Positions 38,446 to 47,494 of a stretch of 61,051 bases of DNA are shown one piece after another. The notes below the pieces were generated by a model. The model saw only the letters and a program-made list of their open reading frames with translations, searched no databases and had not been told where the DNA came from. How positions within the stretch are numbered: the stretch's first letter is position 1; every line of letters begins with the position of its first letter. Position numbers and translations under genes: made by a program. Origin of the DNA: Solirubrobacterales bacterium (GTDB lineage Bacteria; Actinomycetota; Thermoleophilia; Solirubrobacterales; Solirubrobacteraceae). The stretch spans positions 1-61,051 of the forward strand of contig PMOY01000096.1 of the NCBI GenBank assembly GCA_003165655.1. The letters run 5' to 3'.

Positions 38446-39813
38446 ATGACCGCTTGCGCCGACCTGATCGCCGCTGCGCTCGGGCCCGAGCCGTACCGTG
38501 CTTCTCCTCAGGACTTGCTACCAAGTCAGCTCGAAGCAGTCACTGAAGCCCTCGGTGAGTATCGAGGGGCCATCCCGGTCCTGGATCAACGAGCGTCGGT
38601 AGCGGGTGTGTCTCGGATCGCGAGTCTCGACGATCTGATTGCCCTGCTCTTCTCTCATGCCACCTACAAGAGCTATCCGGCGGCGCTCGTCCGCAATCGC
38701 AATTGGTCTCGCATGAACCAGTGGGTCAGCAGCCTCTCGCGCTATCCCGTCGGTAAGGAATGGGGCCGCGACGCGCAGGACGTCGACGAGTGGCTTGCCG
38801 AGCTAGACGCCGCCGGGCATCACATTATCTCGACAAGCGGTACCACTGGTAAGTGTTCGTTTCTACCGGCGAGTCCGCGTGACGGCGAGACCTTTCGTCG
38901 GATGACCGCCGCTGCCCGGGAGTGGTCGGTCGGCCACGCAATCGGGAAGCGTCCCGCGTTCCTGGTCGGTCCCCGGTGTGGCCGAGGGAGATTTGTGGAG
39001 GGCTACAGAGCGATCGCGGCCGCATTTGGGCGTGCAGAGAAGTCCTTCTATCTGTCCGAGCGGCCGGTTTCGGTAGCCGAGATCAATCGCCTCGGTGAAC
39101 TCCGTCAAGCCATGGCCTCGGGACACGCACGACCGGCGGAGATCAGGTCGGCGGAGGAGCGTGCGCGCGCGAGGCAGGCCGAGACCCGGAAGGAGTTCGA
39201 GGCGCTCGCTGCGAGACTAACGGAGTATCGCGAGGAGCCTATTGTCGTCAACGGGGGTGGGGCGGGGTTATACGAGCTGGTCTCCGTATCACGGGAGCTG
39301 GGGATCCCGGACGCTGGCTTCCATCCAGCGACTGTCGTGATTGCGGGTGGCGGCAAAAAGGGCACAAACCTGCCGCCGGACTGCCGCGAGCAAATCAGGG
39401 CGTTCTTCGGCGTGGAGCGGCTGATAAGCAGCTACGGCATGAGCGAGTGGAACGCATCCTGGCCGCAATGCGCTGCGGGGCGATACCACTGCCCGCCGAC
39501 GACGATTCCGCTCGTGCTAGATCTGGGGAATCAGGAGAGTCTCGCACCGGAGGAAGACGGGGTAGTCGTGGGACGACTGGCGTTCCTGGACCTGCTGGTC
39601 GATGCTCGGTGGGGCGGCCTCGTGACGGGCGACCGCGTGACCGGTCATCTCACGCCGTGCCCGTGTGGTCGCGGTGCAAGCTTCACGATTTCGGATGTCG
39701 AGCGCATGGTCACAAGCGACGATGACAAGCTGACCTGTGCAGGGACCGTCGAGGGATACCTCCGCGGTGCGCTTGCCGCAAGCGCGGCCGATTCATCGGT
39801 ACCTCCCCCATGA
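38446..39813 (+). CDS. LuxE/PaaK-like acyl-protein synthetase (ANL superfamily)
   Basis: STSGTTGKCSF P-loop, GGGKKG, YGMSE, GGLVTGD, CPCGR, C-terminal DKLTCAG; adjacent to a LuxC-like gene. Confidence 0.75.
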   Translation: MTACADLIAAALGPEPYRASPQDLLPSQLEAVTEALGEYRGAIPVLDQRASVAGVSRIASLDDLIALLFSHATYKSYPAALVRNRNWSRMNQWVSSLSRYPVGKEWGRDAQDVDEWLAELDAAGHHIISTSGTTGKCSFLPASPRDGETFRRMTAAAREWSVGHAIGKRPAFLVGPRCGRGRFVEGYRAIAAAFGRAEKSFYLSERPVSVAEINRLGELRQAMASGHARPAEIRSAEERARARQAETRKEFEALAARLTEYREEPIVVNGGGAGLYELVSVSRELGIPDAGFHPATVVIAGGGKKGTNLPPDCREQIRAFFGVERLISSYGMSEWNASWPQCAAGRYHCPPTTIPLVLDLGNQESLAPEEDGVVVGRLAFLDLLVDARWGGLVTGDRVTGHLTPCPCGRGASFTISDVERMVTSDDDKLTCAGTVEGYLRGALAASAADSSVPPP

Positions 39814-39832
39814 CCACAGAAAGTGAGGCGCG

Positions 39833-41248
39833 GTGAGCATAGATTCGGCGGTAATTCCCGTCACCCACTACATCAAGGGGGAGACCGTTTCAGGGGGCGG
39901 CACCCAGTTCGCGTCTCGCGATTCAAGCTCTGTCTTCGAAGCACCAGAGCTCGACCTCGACACCCTGGTGTGGCAGAGGAGCACGCCCGGACCCGCGTTC
40001 GGCGTAAGCATGGCCGAGGTCATCGATCTCCTGTGCGAGCTCGGTGCTGCCCTCGGCTCTGGCGCGTTCCCTCATCTTGACGAGGCCATCGCTCTCACGG
40101 CGGCCGTCAACCCGCTCAGTCGTTCCGCGATTGAGGAGTACTACGAAGCCCTACCTAAGCTGTTCCGCCGCGAGCTGCTGGAATTCGAAGTCGAGCAGAA
40201 TCTCGGGAGCACCGATGGCTGGCGCCGTGTGTCACAGCCACGTGGATCGTTCTCGGTGCGACCCTTCCCGCCACGGCTGGTCCACGTGATGCCGGGCAAC
40301 ACTCCCGCCGCTGCTGGCATCTCGATCATCCGGGGTGCGCTGACGCGCGGGGTCCATCTTCTGAAGATGCCCTCAAACGACCTCTTTACGGCACCTGCCG
40401 TCCTCCGCGTGCTATCCGAGCTGGCACCCGGACATCCGATCGCGCAGTCGTTCAGCGCCGTCTACTGGCGGGGCGGCGACGAAGCTGTCGAGTCCATCAT
40501 TTACACACCCCAGTTCTTCGACAAGATCGTCGCATGGGGCGGGCAGTCGGCGATCAGGAACGTCGTGAAGTACCTCGGCCCCGGACTCGAACTTGTGTCG
40601 TTTGACCCCAAGACATCGGCGTCGATGATTGGTGCGGAGGCATTCGCGGGAGAAGCCTCGCTTGAGCAGATAGCCGCGCTGGCTGCTGCAGATGTCAGCA
40701 ACCAGCAGGGATGCACGAACAGCAGAATCCAGTTGGTGGAGGGCTCCGACGACCAGGTTGATTCCTACTGTGCAGAGTTGGCACGGCAGCTAGCGGTCGA
40801 GCGCCCCATCGTGGGGAGTGTGGCGATCCGCACTCCGGCCGCGATCCGCGACGAGGTTGAAGTCCTCGGCGGCCTGCCAGGGTATCGGGTGTGGGGTAAA
40901 TTCGACGGATCGGGCTTGGTGGTGCGATCCGAGGAGCCCCTGGACTTGGAGCTGACGGCCAAGACCGTTAACGTTGTGCCCGTCGCGGCGCTCAGCGACG
41001 CCGTCAGGTGGATGAACATCGCCACACAGACCGTCGGCGTCTACCCGGAGAGTCGAAAGCTCGCCCTGCGTGACAGTCTGGCGTCGGCGGGTGTACAAAG
41101 GATAGTGCCATTAGGACAGGCCGTGCTCTACGAAACGGCCAATGCCGGGCGACCACACGACGGCATGTACCCGCTCGACCGGATGATTCGATGGGTCGTC
41201 GACGAAGATAAAGACATCCCAGGAGATACGGAGGAGGTGCAGTCGTGA
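39833..41248 (+). CDS. LuxC-like acyl-CoA / acyl-protein reductase
   Basis: HVMPGN, LLKMPS, YWRGG, VAWGG.SAI, FDPKTS, QQGCTNSR (catalytic Cys), GVQRIVPLG, PHDGMYPL. Confidence 0.88.
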   Translation: MSIDSAVIPVTHYIKGETVSGGGTQFASRDSSSVFEAPELDLDTLVWQRSTPGPAFGVSMAEVIDLLCELGAALGSGAFPHLDEAIALTAAVNPLSRSAIEEYYEALPKLFRRELLEFEVEQNLGSTDGWRRVSQPRGSFSVRPFPPRLVHVMPGNTPAAAGISIIRGALTRGVHLLKMPSNDLFTAPAVLRVLSELAPGHPIAQSFSAVYWRGGDEAVESIIYTPQFFDKIVAWGGQSAIRNVVKYLGPGLELVSFDPKTSASMIGAEAFAGEASLEQIAALAAADVSNQQGCTNSRIQLVEGSDDQVDSYCAELARQLAVERPIVGSVAIRTPAAIRDEVEVLGGLPGYRVWGKFDGSGLVVRSEEPLDLELTAKTVNVVPVAALSDAVRWMNIATQTVGVYPESRKLALRDSLASAGVQRIVPLGQAVLYETANAGRPHDGMYPLDRMIRWVVDEDKDIPGDTEEVQS

Positions 41249-41373
41249 GCGCGGCCGACCAATTGATCGAACTCAACCGAAGGGCCGCTCCTTACGAGGC
41301 TCCGCACGACAAGCTGACGTGCTCGGGCACGATTGAGAGCTGTCTCAGGGGTATGCTCGAGGTATCGGTGTAG
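41245..41373 (+). pseudogene. 42-codon mini-luxE (in-frame fusion of the N- and C-termini of a LuxE-like paralog)
   Basis: GGAGGAGG RBS, GTGA overlap with luxC; VSAADQLIELNRRAAPYEAPH-DKLTCSGTIESCLRG vs MTACADLIAAALGPEPYRASP...DKLTCAGTVEGYLRG. Confidence 0.75.
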
Positions 41374-41376
41374 GTG

Positions 41377-41421
41377 ACCGAGCCCGCCGATCCTGGTTGG
41401 CGCACAGTTGAACAAGGCAGT
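41377..41421 (+). repeat. 45-bp copy (44/45) of the reverse complement of 13962-14006, internal to the LLM gene
   Basis: ACCGAGCCCGCCGATCCTGGTTGGCGCACAGTTGAAcAAGGCAGT vs ...GAAgAAGGCAGT. Confidence 0.92.
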
Positions 41422-41446
41422 AAAGTAGTATACTCTTTTTGCTAAC

Positions 41447-42649
41447 GTGGCTGTTGTTCGCGACACAACCGACGCCTATCGAGAGCGGGTTCACGGCTGG
41501 CTGCTCAGCAATCGGCCCGAGGGATGGCGCGAGCAACTGAAGACCGCCTCGCAAGACGAGGTAGTGAGCTTCTATCGCGATTGGACCCGTAAGCTCCACG
41601 CTGCTGGGCTGCTGGTACCCCATTGGCCAGCTCGCTTCGGCGGCGAGGACCGAGGGCTCGCCGAACAGGTGATCATCCAGCAAGAGCTCAGTCGCACGCA
41701 GAGCCCGCGGCCACGCACAATGGCGATCGCCCTCGGTCACGCCGCGGCAACGCTGATGAACCATGGCTCGCCCGCTCAGCAACGGCTTATCGCCGGGATC
41801 TTGGACGGCGACGTGTGGTGCCAGGGTTTCTCAGAACCGCAGGCGGGATCTGACCTAGCGTCTCTGCGCACAAGCGCGCTGCCTCGTGGCGACGTGTACG
41901 TCGTGAACGGTCAGAAGACTTGGTCGAGCTTCGCAGCCCATGCGGCATTCTGTCTGCTCCTCGCCCGCACGGATCTCGGCGCGCCTAAGCACAAGGGCCT
42001 CTCGTTCTTCGTGATGGACATGTCGCTCCCCGGCGTGACGGTGCGACCGATACGGCAGGCGACCGGATCTTCTGAGTTCGCCGAGATCTTTCTCGATGAC
42101 GTCGAAATTCCCGTCGCCTGGCGACTGGGTCAGGAAGGCGACGGCTGGCGGACGGCGCAAACAACGCTGTCGTCCGAGCGGGTGATCCAGCTCGTCGAAC
42201 TCGTCGAGGGGCTGCGAGAGGCGGTGTGTACGATGGCCGGCGAGGCCCAGGTCCAGCGAACGCACGGCGGTCAGCCGTGGGCCCAGTCGGAGCGCTTCCG
42301 CACGGACGTCGCCCGGATCGCAATTGACGTCGAAGTGCTCTCGGCGATGACGCATCGCGCCATGGGCAATCTGATCGCCGGCGAGTCGCTCGGCGCGGCG
42401 GCCTCCACGCTCAAGCTCTTCTTCAGCGAGCTTCTCCAGCGGGCGACTCAGATCGCTGCGCGGATGAGCGGCCTCGGCGGGCTGCACGATCCCGGCGAGC
42501 CTCCGGATCTCGGCTACACCTCCGGGGACTGGTTCAGCGACCATTTGCGATCCTGGACATGGACCATTGCCGCCGGGAGCGACGAGATCCAGCGCAACAT
42601 CATCGGCGAGCGGGTCCTCGGCCTGCCCAGAGAGGTCGCCAGTCAGTGA
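41447..42649 (+). CDS. Acyl-CoA dehydrogenase (heteromeric, alpha-type)
   Basis: WCQGFSEPQAGSDLA, NGQKTWSS, TIAAGSDEIQRNIIGERVLGLP. Confidence 0.93.
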   Translation: MAVVRDTTDAYRERVHGWLLSNRPEGWREQLKTASQDEVVSFYRDWTRKLHAAGLLVPHWPARFGGEDRGLAEQVIIQQELSRTQSPRPRTMAIALGHAAATLMNHGSPAQQRLIAGILDGDVWCQGFSEPQAGSDLASLRTSALPRGDVYVVNGQKTWSSFAAHAAFCLLLARTDLGAPKHKGLSFFVMDMSLPGVTVRPIRQATGSSEFAEIFLDDVEIPVAWRLGQEGDGWRTAQTTLSSERVIQLVELVEGLREAVCTMAGEAQVQRTHGGQPWAQSERFRTDVARIAIDVEVLSAMTHRAMGNLIAGESLGAAASTLKLFFSELLQRATQIAARMSGLGGLHDPGEPPDLGYTSGDWFSDHLRSWTWTIAAGSDEIQRNIIGERVLGLPREVASQ

Positions 42650-43782
42650 GCCTCTCCCTCGAGGAACGACGCACGTTCAGGTCCTCCGTGGACGGGCTCC
42701 TGTCGGCGCGCGCCTCCATCGCCGAAGGCCGCCATCTGGCTTCAACGGAGCATGGATTCGACGATGGGCTGTGGCGGGCAATGGCAGAGCTCGGGTGGAC
42801 AGCCCTGCTGCTCCCGGTGGAGTTGGGGGGCGTCGGCACCGGTATGGCGGAGGTGCGAGTCGTCCTCGAGTCACTCGGGGAGAGGCTCGTGCCGGGTCCG
42901 TTCATGTCGAGCGCCGTCCTGGCGACCGGCGCGCTCGTTGACGCCGAAGCGTCTGCTGATGTCACGTCGTGGCTGGATCGTCTCGGCGACGGGTCTGCGA
43001 TCGCCACCCTGGCCCTTCCCCTCATCCCCACGCTCGGGGACAGCTGCTTGTGGCCGGAGGCGAGGCTCGCGCCCGGCGGGTGGGCACTCAGCGGCTCTGT
43101 CCCCGAGGTGCTCCACGCCGACGTCGCCGACCTCATCATCGTGTTCGCCCGCGGCGCGGGCGACGAGGATGACCTCGTCTTCGCGCTGGATCGTAAGGCT
43201 ATTCCGCACCACATGGACTCCTTCCCACTTGTCGATCAGACACGCCGGATGCAGACTGTTCGGTTCGCAGAAAGCTTCGTCCCTGAGCAAATGACGCTGG
43301 CTCGGGGCGCTGCAGCTCGCGAACTGCTTCGTCGAGCAGACCTGCGGGCGGCTTTCGCCTGCGCCGCTGATTCCCTCGGTGGCGCTCGCGCGGTGCACGC
43401 GATGGCGGTGGCGTACGCGCAGGAGCGCGTGCAGTTCGGGCGCCCGATCGGTTCGTTTCAGGCGATCAAGCACAAGCTCGCGAGCATGTACGTAGACCTG
43501 GTCTCGTCCGATGACGCGGTTTACGAGGCCGCCGAGCAGGATGACCTCGACAGTCCGGGCGCAATTCGCCTTCTGCGCTCCGCCGCCTATCACGCGCTCG
43601 AGGCCTATCCGCGGATCGCCGGAGACGCCATCCAGGTCCACGGCGGCATCGGATTCACGTGGGAGCACGACGCGCATCGGTACTTCAAGCGCGCGTGGGT
43701 CAATCGGGCACTGTTCGCCGGGTCCGAGCGACTGCGCGACGCGGTCGCAGCGGAACTGTTCTCGGCGCCCGTTGGCGCATGA
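42646..43782 (+). CDS. Acyl-CoA dehydrogenase (heteromeric, beta-type)
   Basis: LWRAMAELGW, RVQFGRPIGSFQAIKH, QVHGGIGFTWEH. Confidence 0.92.
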   Translation: MSLSLEERRTFRSSVDGLLSARASIAEGRHLASTEHGFDDGLWRAMAELGWTALLLPVELGGVGTGMAEVRVVLESLGERLVPGPFMSSAVLATGALVDAEASADVTSWLDRLGDGSAIATLALPLIPTLGDSCLWPEARLAPGGWALSGSVPEVLHADVADLIIVFARGAGDEDDLVFALDRKAIPHHMDSFPLVDQTRRMQTVRFAESFVPEQMTLARGAAARELLRRADLRAAFACAADSLGGARAVHAMAVAYAQERVQFGRPIGSFQAIKHKLASMYVDLVSSDDAVYEAAEQDDLDSPGAIRLLRSAAYHALEAYPRIAGDAIQVHGGIGFTWEHDAHRYFKRAWVNRALFAGSERLRDAVAAELFSAPVGA

Positions 43783-45425
43783 CCGGCGCCGGCATCACCC
43801 GCGACCTCGAGGCCCATGGGTTGCGGCGTCCTCGCCTGCGCCGGGCGATTCCGGATGCACCCCAGGACGTGCCCGCGCTGCTCGCGGCCGCGACCCTTGC
43901 CTGCCCGGACCGAGAAGCGATCGCCAGCAGCACTCGCCGGCTCACGTTCAGAGAGCTTCAGCACATGAGCTTTCGCGCCGCCCGCGCATGGGCGGCGGTC
44001 GGGGTCGGTCCCGGGGACCGAGTGGCATGCTCGCTTCCCAACGAGATCGACATCGTCGTCGCTTTCTTCGGGGCAATGCACCTGGGGGCAATCTGGGTCG
44101 CGATCAGCAAAAGCTTGGCGCCATCCGAAGTGCGCCTGATGCTCGACGATTCTGACGCGAGCGTCTTCCTCACCAGTGACACGATGGGGCGACGCCTCGG
44201 CGAGGGAGGGTTCCCACCGGCGATCCGAGTGCTAACGGTCGAACCCGGGGGGACCGGCGATTGGCCGCAGCTTCTCGCGCGGTGCGGTGACGGGCCCTTC
44301 GACTCGGTCGTCGATCCGTTTGCCCCGGCCGCCATCTCCTATACGAGCGGGACGACCGGATTCCCGAAGGGCGCGGTGCACAGTCAGCACAACATGGTTC
44401 TCGTCGCAGTCGGCCAACGGACCCTGGGCCGACTGCAGCCGCGCTCGCGCCAGGGTGTCGTTCTGCCCCTCAGCCTGCTCAACATGCAGCTCGTCGGACC
44501 GCTTGCAGCCTTCCTGGTCCAGAGCACGCTCATCGTGCTCGAGCGCACTCAGGCGGTGCCGCTGGCGCAGAGGATCGCAGCCGAGTCGGTCCAAAGCTTC
44601 GTCGGCGTACCGACGATCATCCACGACCTGCTCACCAACGACGAGGTCGCGTCCGAGCAGCTGACCACACTCGAGCGCGTCTGGGTTGGAGGCGCTGAGC
44701 CCTCCGAGGAGTTTCGAAGACTGTTCGCCGCCCGGTTCGGTGTCGAGCCAGCCAACGGCTACGGGCTGACCGAGTCTCCGAACGGCTGCATCACCGAGCG
44801 GCCGGGGGAGCCGCATCTCGCTGGATGCGTCGGGCGCGCCTATCCGACCCTCCAGGCTCTCGTCGTCGATCTCGACGGGCGCCGTCTGCCCGCGGGCGAG
44901 CAGGGTGAACTGTGCATCGCCGCGTGCGCGGATGGGCCCTATGCCGAGGTCTACACGCCGATGCTCGGGTACTGGAAGCGACCCGAGGAGACAGCATCCG
45001 TGCTGGTCGACGATGTCCTGCACACGGGGGACATCGCGATCATCGACGCCTCAGGCAACGTCTTTCTCAATGGACGACGGAACGGGCTGATCCTCCGCGG
45101 GGGGGCCAATGTCTACCCGGCCGAGGTGGAGCGGGTCATGGCCTCGTACCCGGGCGTCCGCGGCGTCGCCGTACTCGGTATCGAGGACGAGCGACTCGGT
45201 GAACGCGTTGTGGCCATCGTCGAGGCGGCTGACCCGACCACGATCGACGCCAAGGGCCTGCGTGACCACTGCCACGCCGAGCTTTCCCGCTACAAGGTGC
45301 CTTCCGATGTCCGCGTCATCGAGTCCCTACCTCGCAACGCGATGGGAAAGGTGGTCCTGCGCGATCTCCGAGCTCTCTTCGATGAGGGCGCACCACCGGG
45401 GCAGGGTGACCATGACGCCCGATGA
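43779..45425 (+). CDS. Acyl-CoA synthetase (AMP-binding)
   Basis: YTSGTTGFPKG, YGLTE, LHTGD, RGGANVYPAEVE, LPRNAMGK. Confidence 0.93.
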   Translation: MTGAGITRDLEAHGLRRPRLRRAIPDAPQDVPALLAAATLACPDREAIASSTRRLTFRELQHMSFRAARAWAAVGVGPGDRVACSLPNEIDIVVAFFGAMHLGAIWVAISKSLAPSEVRLMLDDSDASVFLTSDTMGRRLGEGGFPPAIRVLTVEPGGTGDWPQLLARCGDGPFDSVVDPFAPAAISYTSGTTGFPKGAVHSQHNMVLVAVGQRTLGRLQPRSRQGVVLPLSLLNMQLVGPLAAFLVQSTLIVLERTQAVPLAQRIAAESVQSFVGVPTIIHDLLTNDEVASEQLTTLERVWVGGAEPSEEFRRLFAARFGVEPANGYGLTESPNGCITERPGEPHLAGCVGRAYPTLQALVVDLDGRRLPAGEQGELCIAACADGPYAEVYTPMLGYWKRPEETASVLVDDVLHTGDIAIIDASGNVFLNGRRNGLILRGGANVYPAEVERVMASYPGVRGVAVLGIEDERLGERVVAIVEAADPTTIDAKGLRDHCHAELSRYKVPSDVRVIESLPRNAMGKVVLRDLRALFDEGAPPGQGDHDAR

Positions 45426-45553
45426 TCGCGGGCTACTAATCGCCCAAGGTGAGCGCGGCCTTTCGCGCTACGCGTGACCGAGAGGCAGACAACGGTGAAC
45501 ACTCGCGGCGTGTTCTTCACGTTCCTCACACACCCGCCGGGAGCGCCCTAGGC

Positions 45554-46495
45554 TTGCGTGCATTCGTCGTAAGAGACAACCAACCGCACCGGCTGACCAT
45601 CGCGCAGGTACCTGAGCCGACGGCGAAGGCCAACGAGGTGATCGTGCGGGTGCACGCGTTCTCGCTGAACCGCGGCGAGGTCTCACGCGTCGCTGCCGGC
45701 CATCCGTTCTACCCGGAGGACACGATCCCGGGTTGGGACGTCGCCGGGGTTGTCGTCGCGGCCGCCAAGGACGGAACGGGGCCGGCGATCGGAGCCCACG
45801 TCGCCGGGCTGGCACGAAACTTCGGAGCGTGGGCCGAAAGAGTCGCGCTCACGACTGACCTCGTGGTCAGCCTACCGGACGATGTGTCATTCGAGCGGGC
45901 GAGCGCGCTCCCGGTCGCAGGGCTGACAGCCCTACGGGCCGTCGAGGCTGGAGGACCGCTTCTCGGGCGCCGCGTACTCGTGACCGGAGCCGCCGGTGGA
46001 GTCGGAGGTGCGGCTGCCCAGCTCGCGCACCTCGCGGGCGCTCACGTGACAGGCGTCGTTTCCGCGCCCGCACGCGCGACCGGCCTGTACGCCCTTGGCG
46101 TCGACGAGATCGTGACCGAGCTCAGTGCACAAGGCCCGAGCTTCGACGTGCTGATCGAGTCGGCGGGGGGAGACAGCCTCGCGGCGGCCCTGACTCGAGT
46201 GGCGCCGGGCGGTACCGTCGTCTCCCTGGGGAACTCATCGGGACAGCTGACGACCTTCGACGCGGCGGCGTTCTACGTCCGTGGCGGCGCAACGGTGTAT
46301 GCGCTACATCTTCTGCTCGAGCTCGATCGCCGCGCGTCCGGGGTTCGCGACCTCGGGACGCTGCTCGATCTGATGCGCCACAATAGGTTCGATCCGCGCA
46401 TCGAGCGGGTGTCTGACTGGCGCGAATGTCACTCCCTGATCGATGACCTCATGGCCAGGAAACTGCAGGGCAAGGCCGTCCTGGTGATCGACTGA
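45554..46495 (+). CDS. MDR-family NADPH:quinone oxidoreductase-like / zinc-binding dehydrogenase
   Basis: SLNRGE, PGWDVAG, LPVAGLTA, VTGAAGGVG, GKAVL. Confidence 0.88.
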   Translation: MRAFVVRDNQPHRLTIAQVPEPTAKANEVIVRVHAFSLNRGEVSRVAAGHPFYPEDTIPGWDVAGVVVAAAKDGTGPAIGAHVAGLARNFGAWAERVALTTDLVVSLPDDVSFERASALPVAGLTALRAVEAGGPLLGRRVLVTGAAGGVGGAAAQLAHLAGAHVTGVVSAPARATGLYALGVDEIVTELSAQGPSFDVLIESAGGDSLAAALTRVAPGGTVVSLGNSSGQLTTFDAAAFYVRGGATVYALHLLLELDRRASGVRDLGTLLDLMRHNRFDPRIERVSDWRECHSLIDDLMARKLQGKAVLVID

Positions 46496-46578
46496 CGTCA
46501 CTCACCGCCGGTGCAACGGCACATCTCCGTCGCGCCCCGGCAGCATCACGGCCGCCGATCGGCGGGAGCCGGGAGGAG

Positions 46579-47421
46579 GTGCTGGCCTATGTGGCCGCAG
46601 AGCGGGCTCGAGCGCCCGCCGCACCACCAACCGAGACCGTGGAGTCCGTGCTCGAGCGGGTGACGGATCGGGGAATCGCGGTCCGCGTCTATGTGCCGCG
46701 CCACGAAGCCGCGGACTGCCCTCTCTTGCTGTACTTCCATGGTGGCGGGTGGATACTCGGCGGGCTCGATATTCACGATGCAGCATGTCGTCGATTGGCG
46801 AACCTCGCCCAGTGTGTCGTGGTCAACGTCGACTATCGACTGGCGCCCGAGCATCCGTTTCCGGCGGCGTTCGAGGACTGCGTCGAGACAACCCGCTGGG
46901 CGATCTCCGGCGCGGCGGGCCTCGGAGTCGATTCGAGCCGGTGCGCGGTGCTGGGCAGCAGCTCCGGCGGAGGCCTGGCGGCCGCGGTGGCCTTGGCATC
47001 GAGGGATGCAGGCGAGCGAGCGCTGGGCGCGCAGGTGCTGATCTACCCTGCGCTCGACTCGACGATGGGGTCCGATTCGCATCGGGCATTCGCACGGGGC
47101 TATGGACTCGAACACGACGCGATGCAGTTCTACTGGGAGACCTACGCTACTACCGAGAGCGCGCGTCTGGAGCCCTACGTCTCGCCGTCCCAAGCGGAGC
47201 ATCTCGCTGGTCTGCCGCCGACTCTCCTCGTCACCGCGCAGTACGACATCCTGCATGACGAAGGAGCTGACTACGCGAAGCGCCTGGGTGAGGCCGGAGT
47301 CCCAACACGCTGGGTCGAGATGCCTGGCCAGATCCACGGCTTCCTCGCCACCATGCCTACCGAGCCTGAGGTCGCAGCGGCCTTGGCGCAGATCGCGGCG
47401 TGGTTAAGCGAGACGCTGTGA
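46579..47421 (+). CDS. Alpha/beta hydrolase (HSL-family esterase/lipase)
   Basis: HGGG, DYRLAPEHPFPA, GSSSGG, D.L.DEG, HGF. Confidence 0.9.
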   Translation: MLAYVAAERARAPAAPPTETVESVLERVTDRGIAVRVYVPRHEAADCPLLLYFHGGGWILGGLDIHDAACRRLANLAQCVVVNVDYRLAPEHPFPAAFEDCVETTRWAISGAAGLGVDSSRCAVLGSSSGGGLAAAVALASRDAGERALGAQVLIYPALDSTMGSDSHRAFARGYGLEHDAMQFYWETYATTESARLEPYVSPSQAEHLAGLPPTLLVTAQYDILHDEGADYAKRLGEAGVPTRWVEMPGQIHGFLATMPTEPEVAAALAQIAAWLSETL

Positions 47422-47494
47422 CTCGCGGATACCGCCTCGAGTACAAGCCGCCAGCGTTTGCCGTCGCAGACTGTTTGCTCACGTGCGCGTCGAA

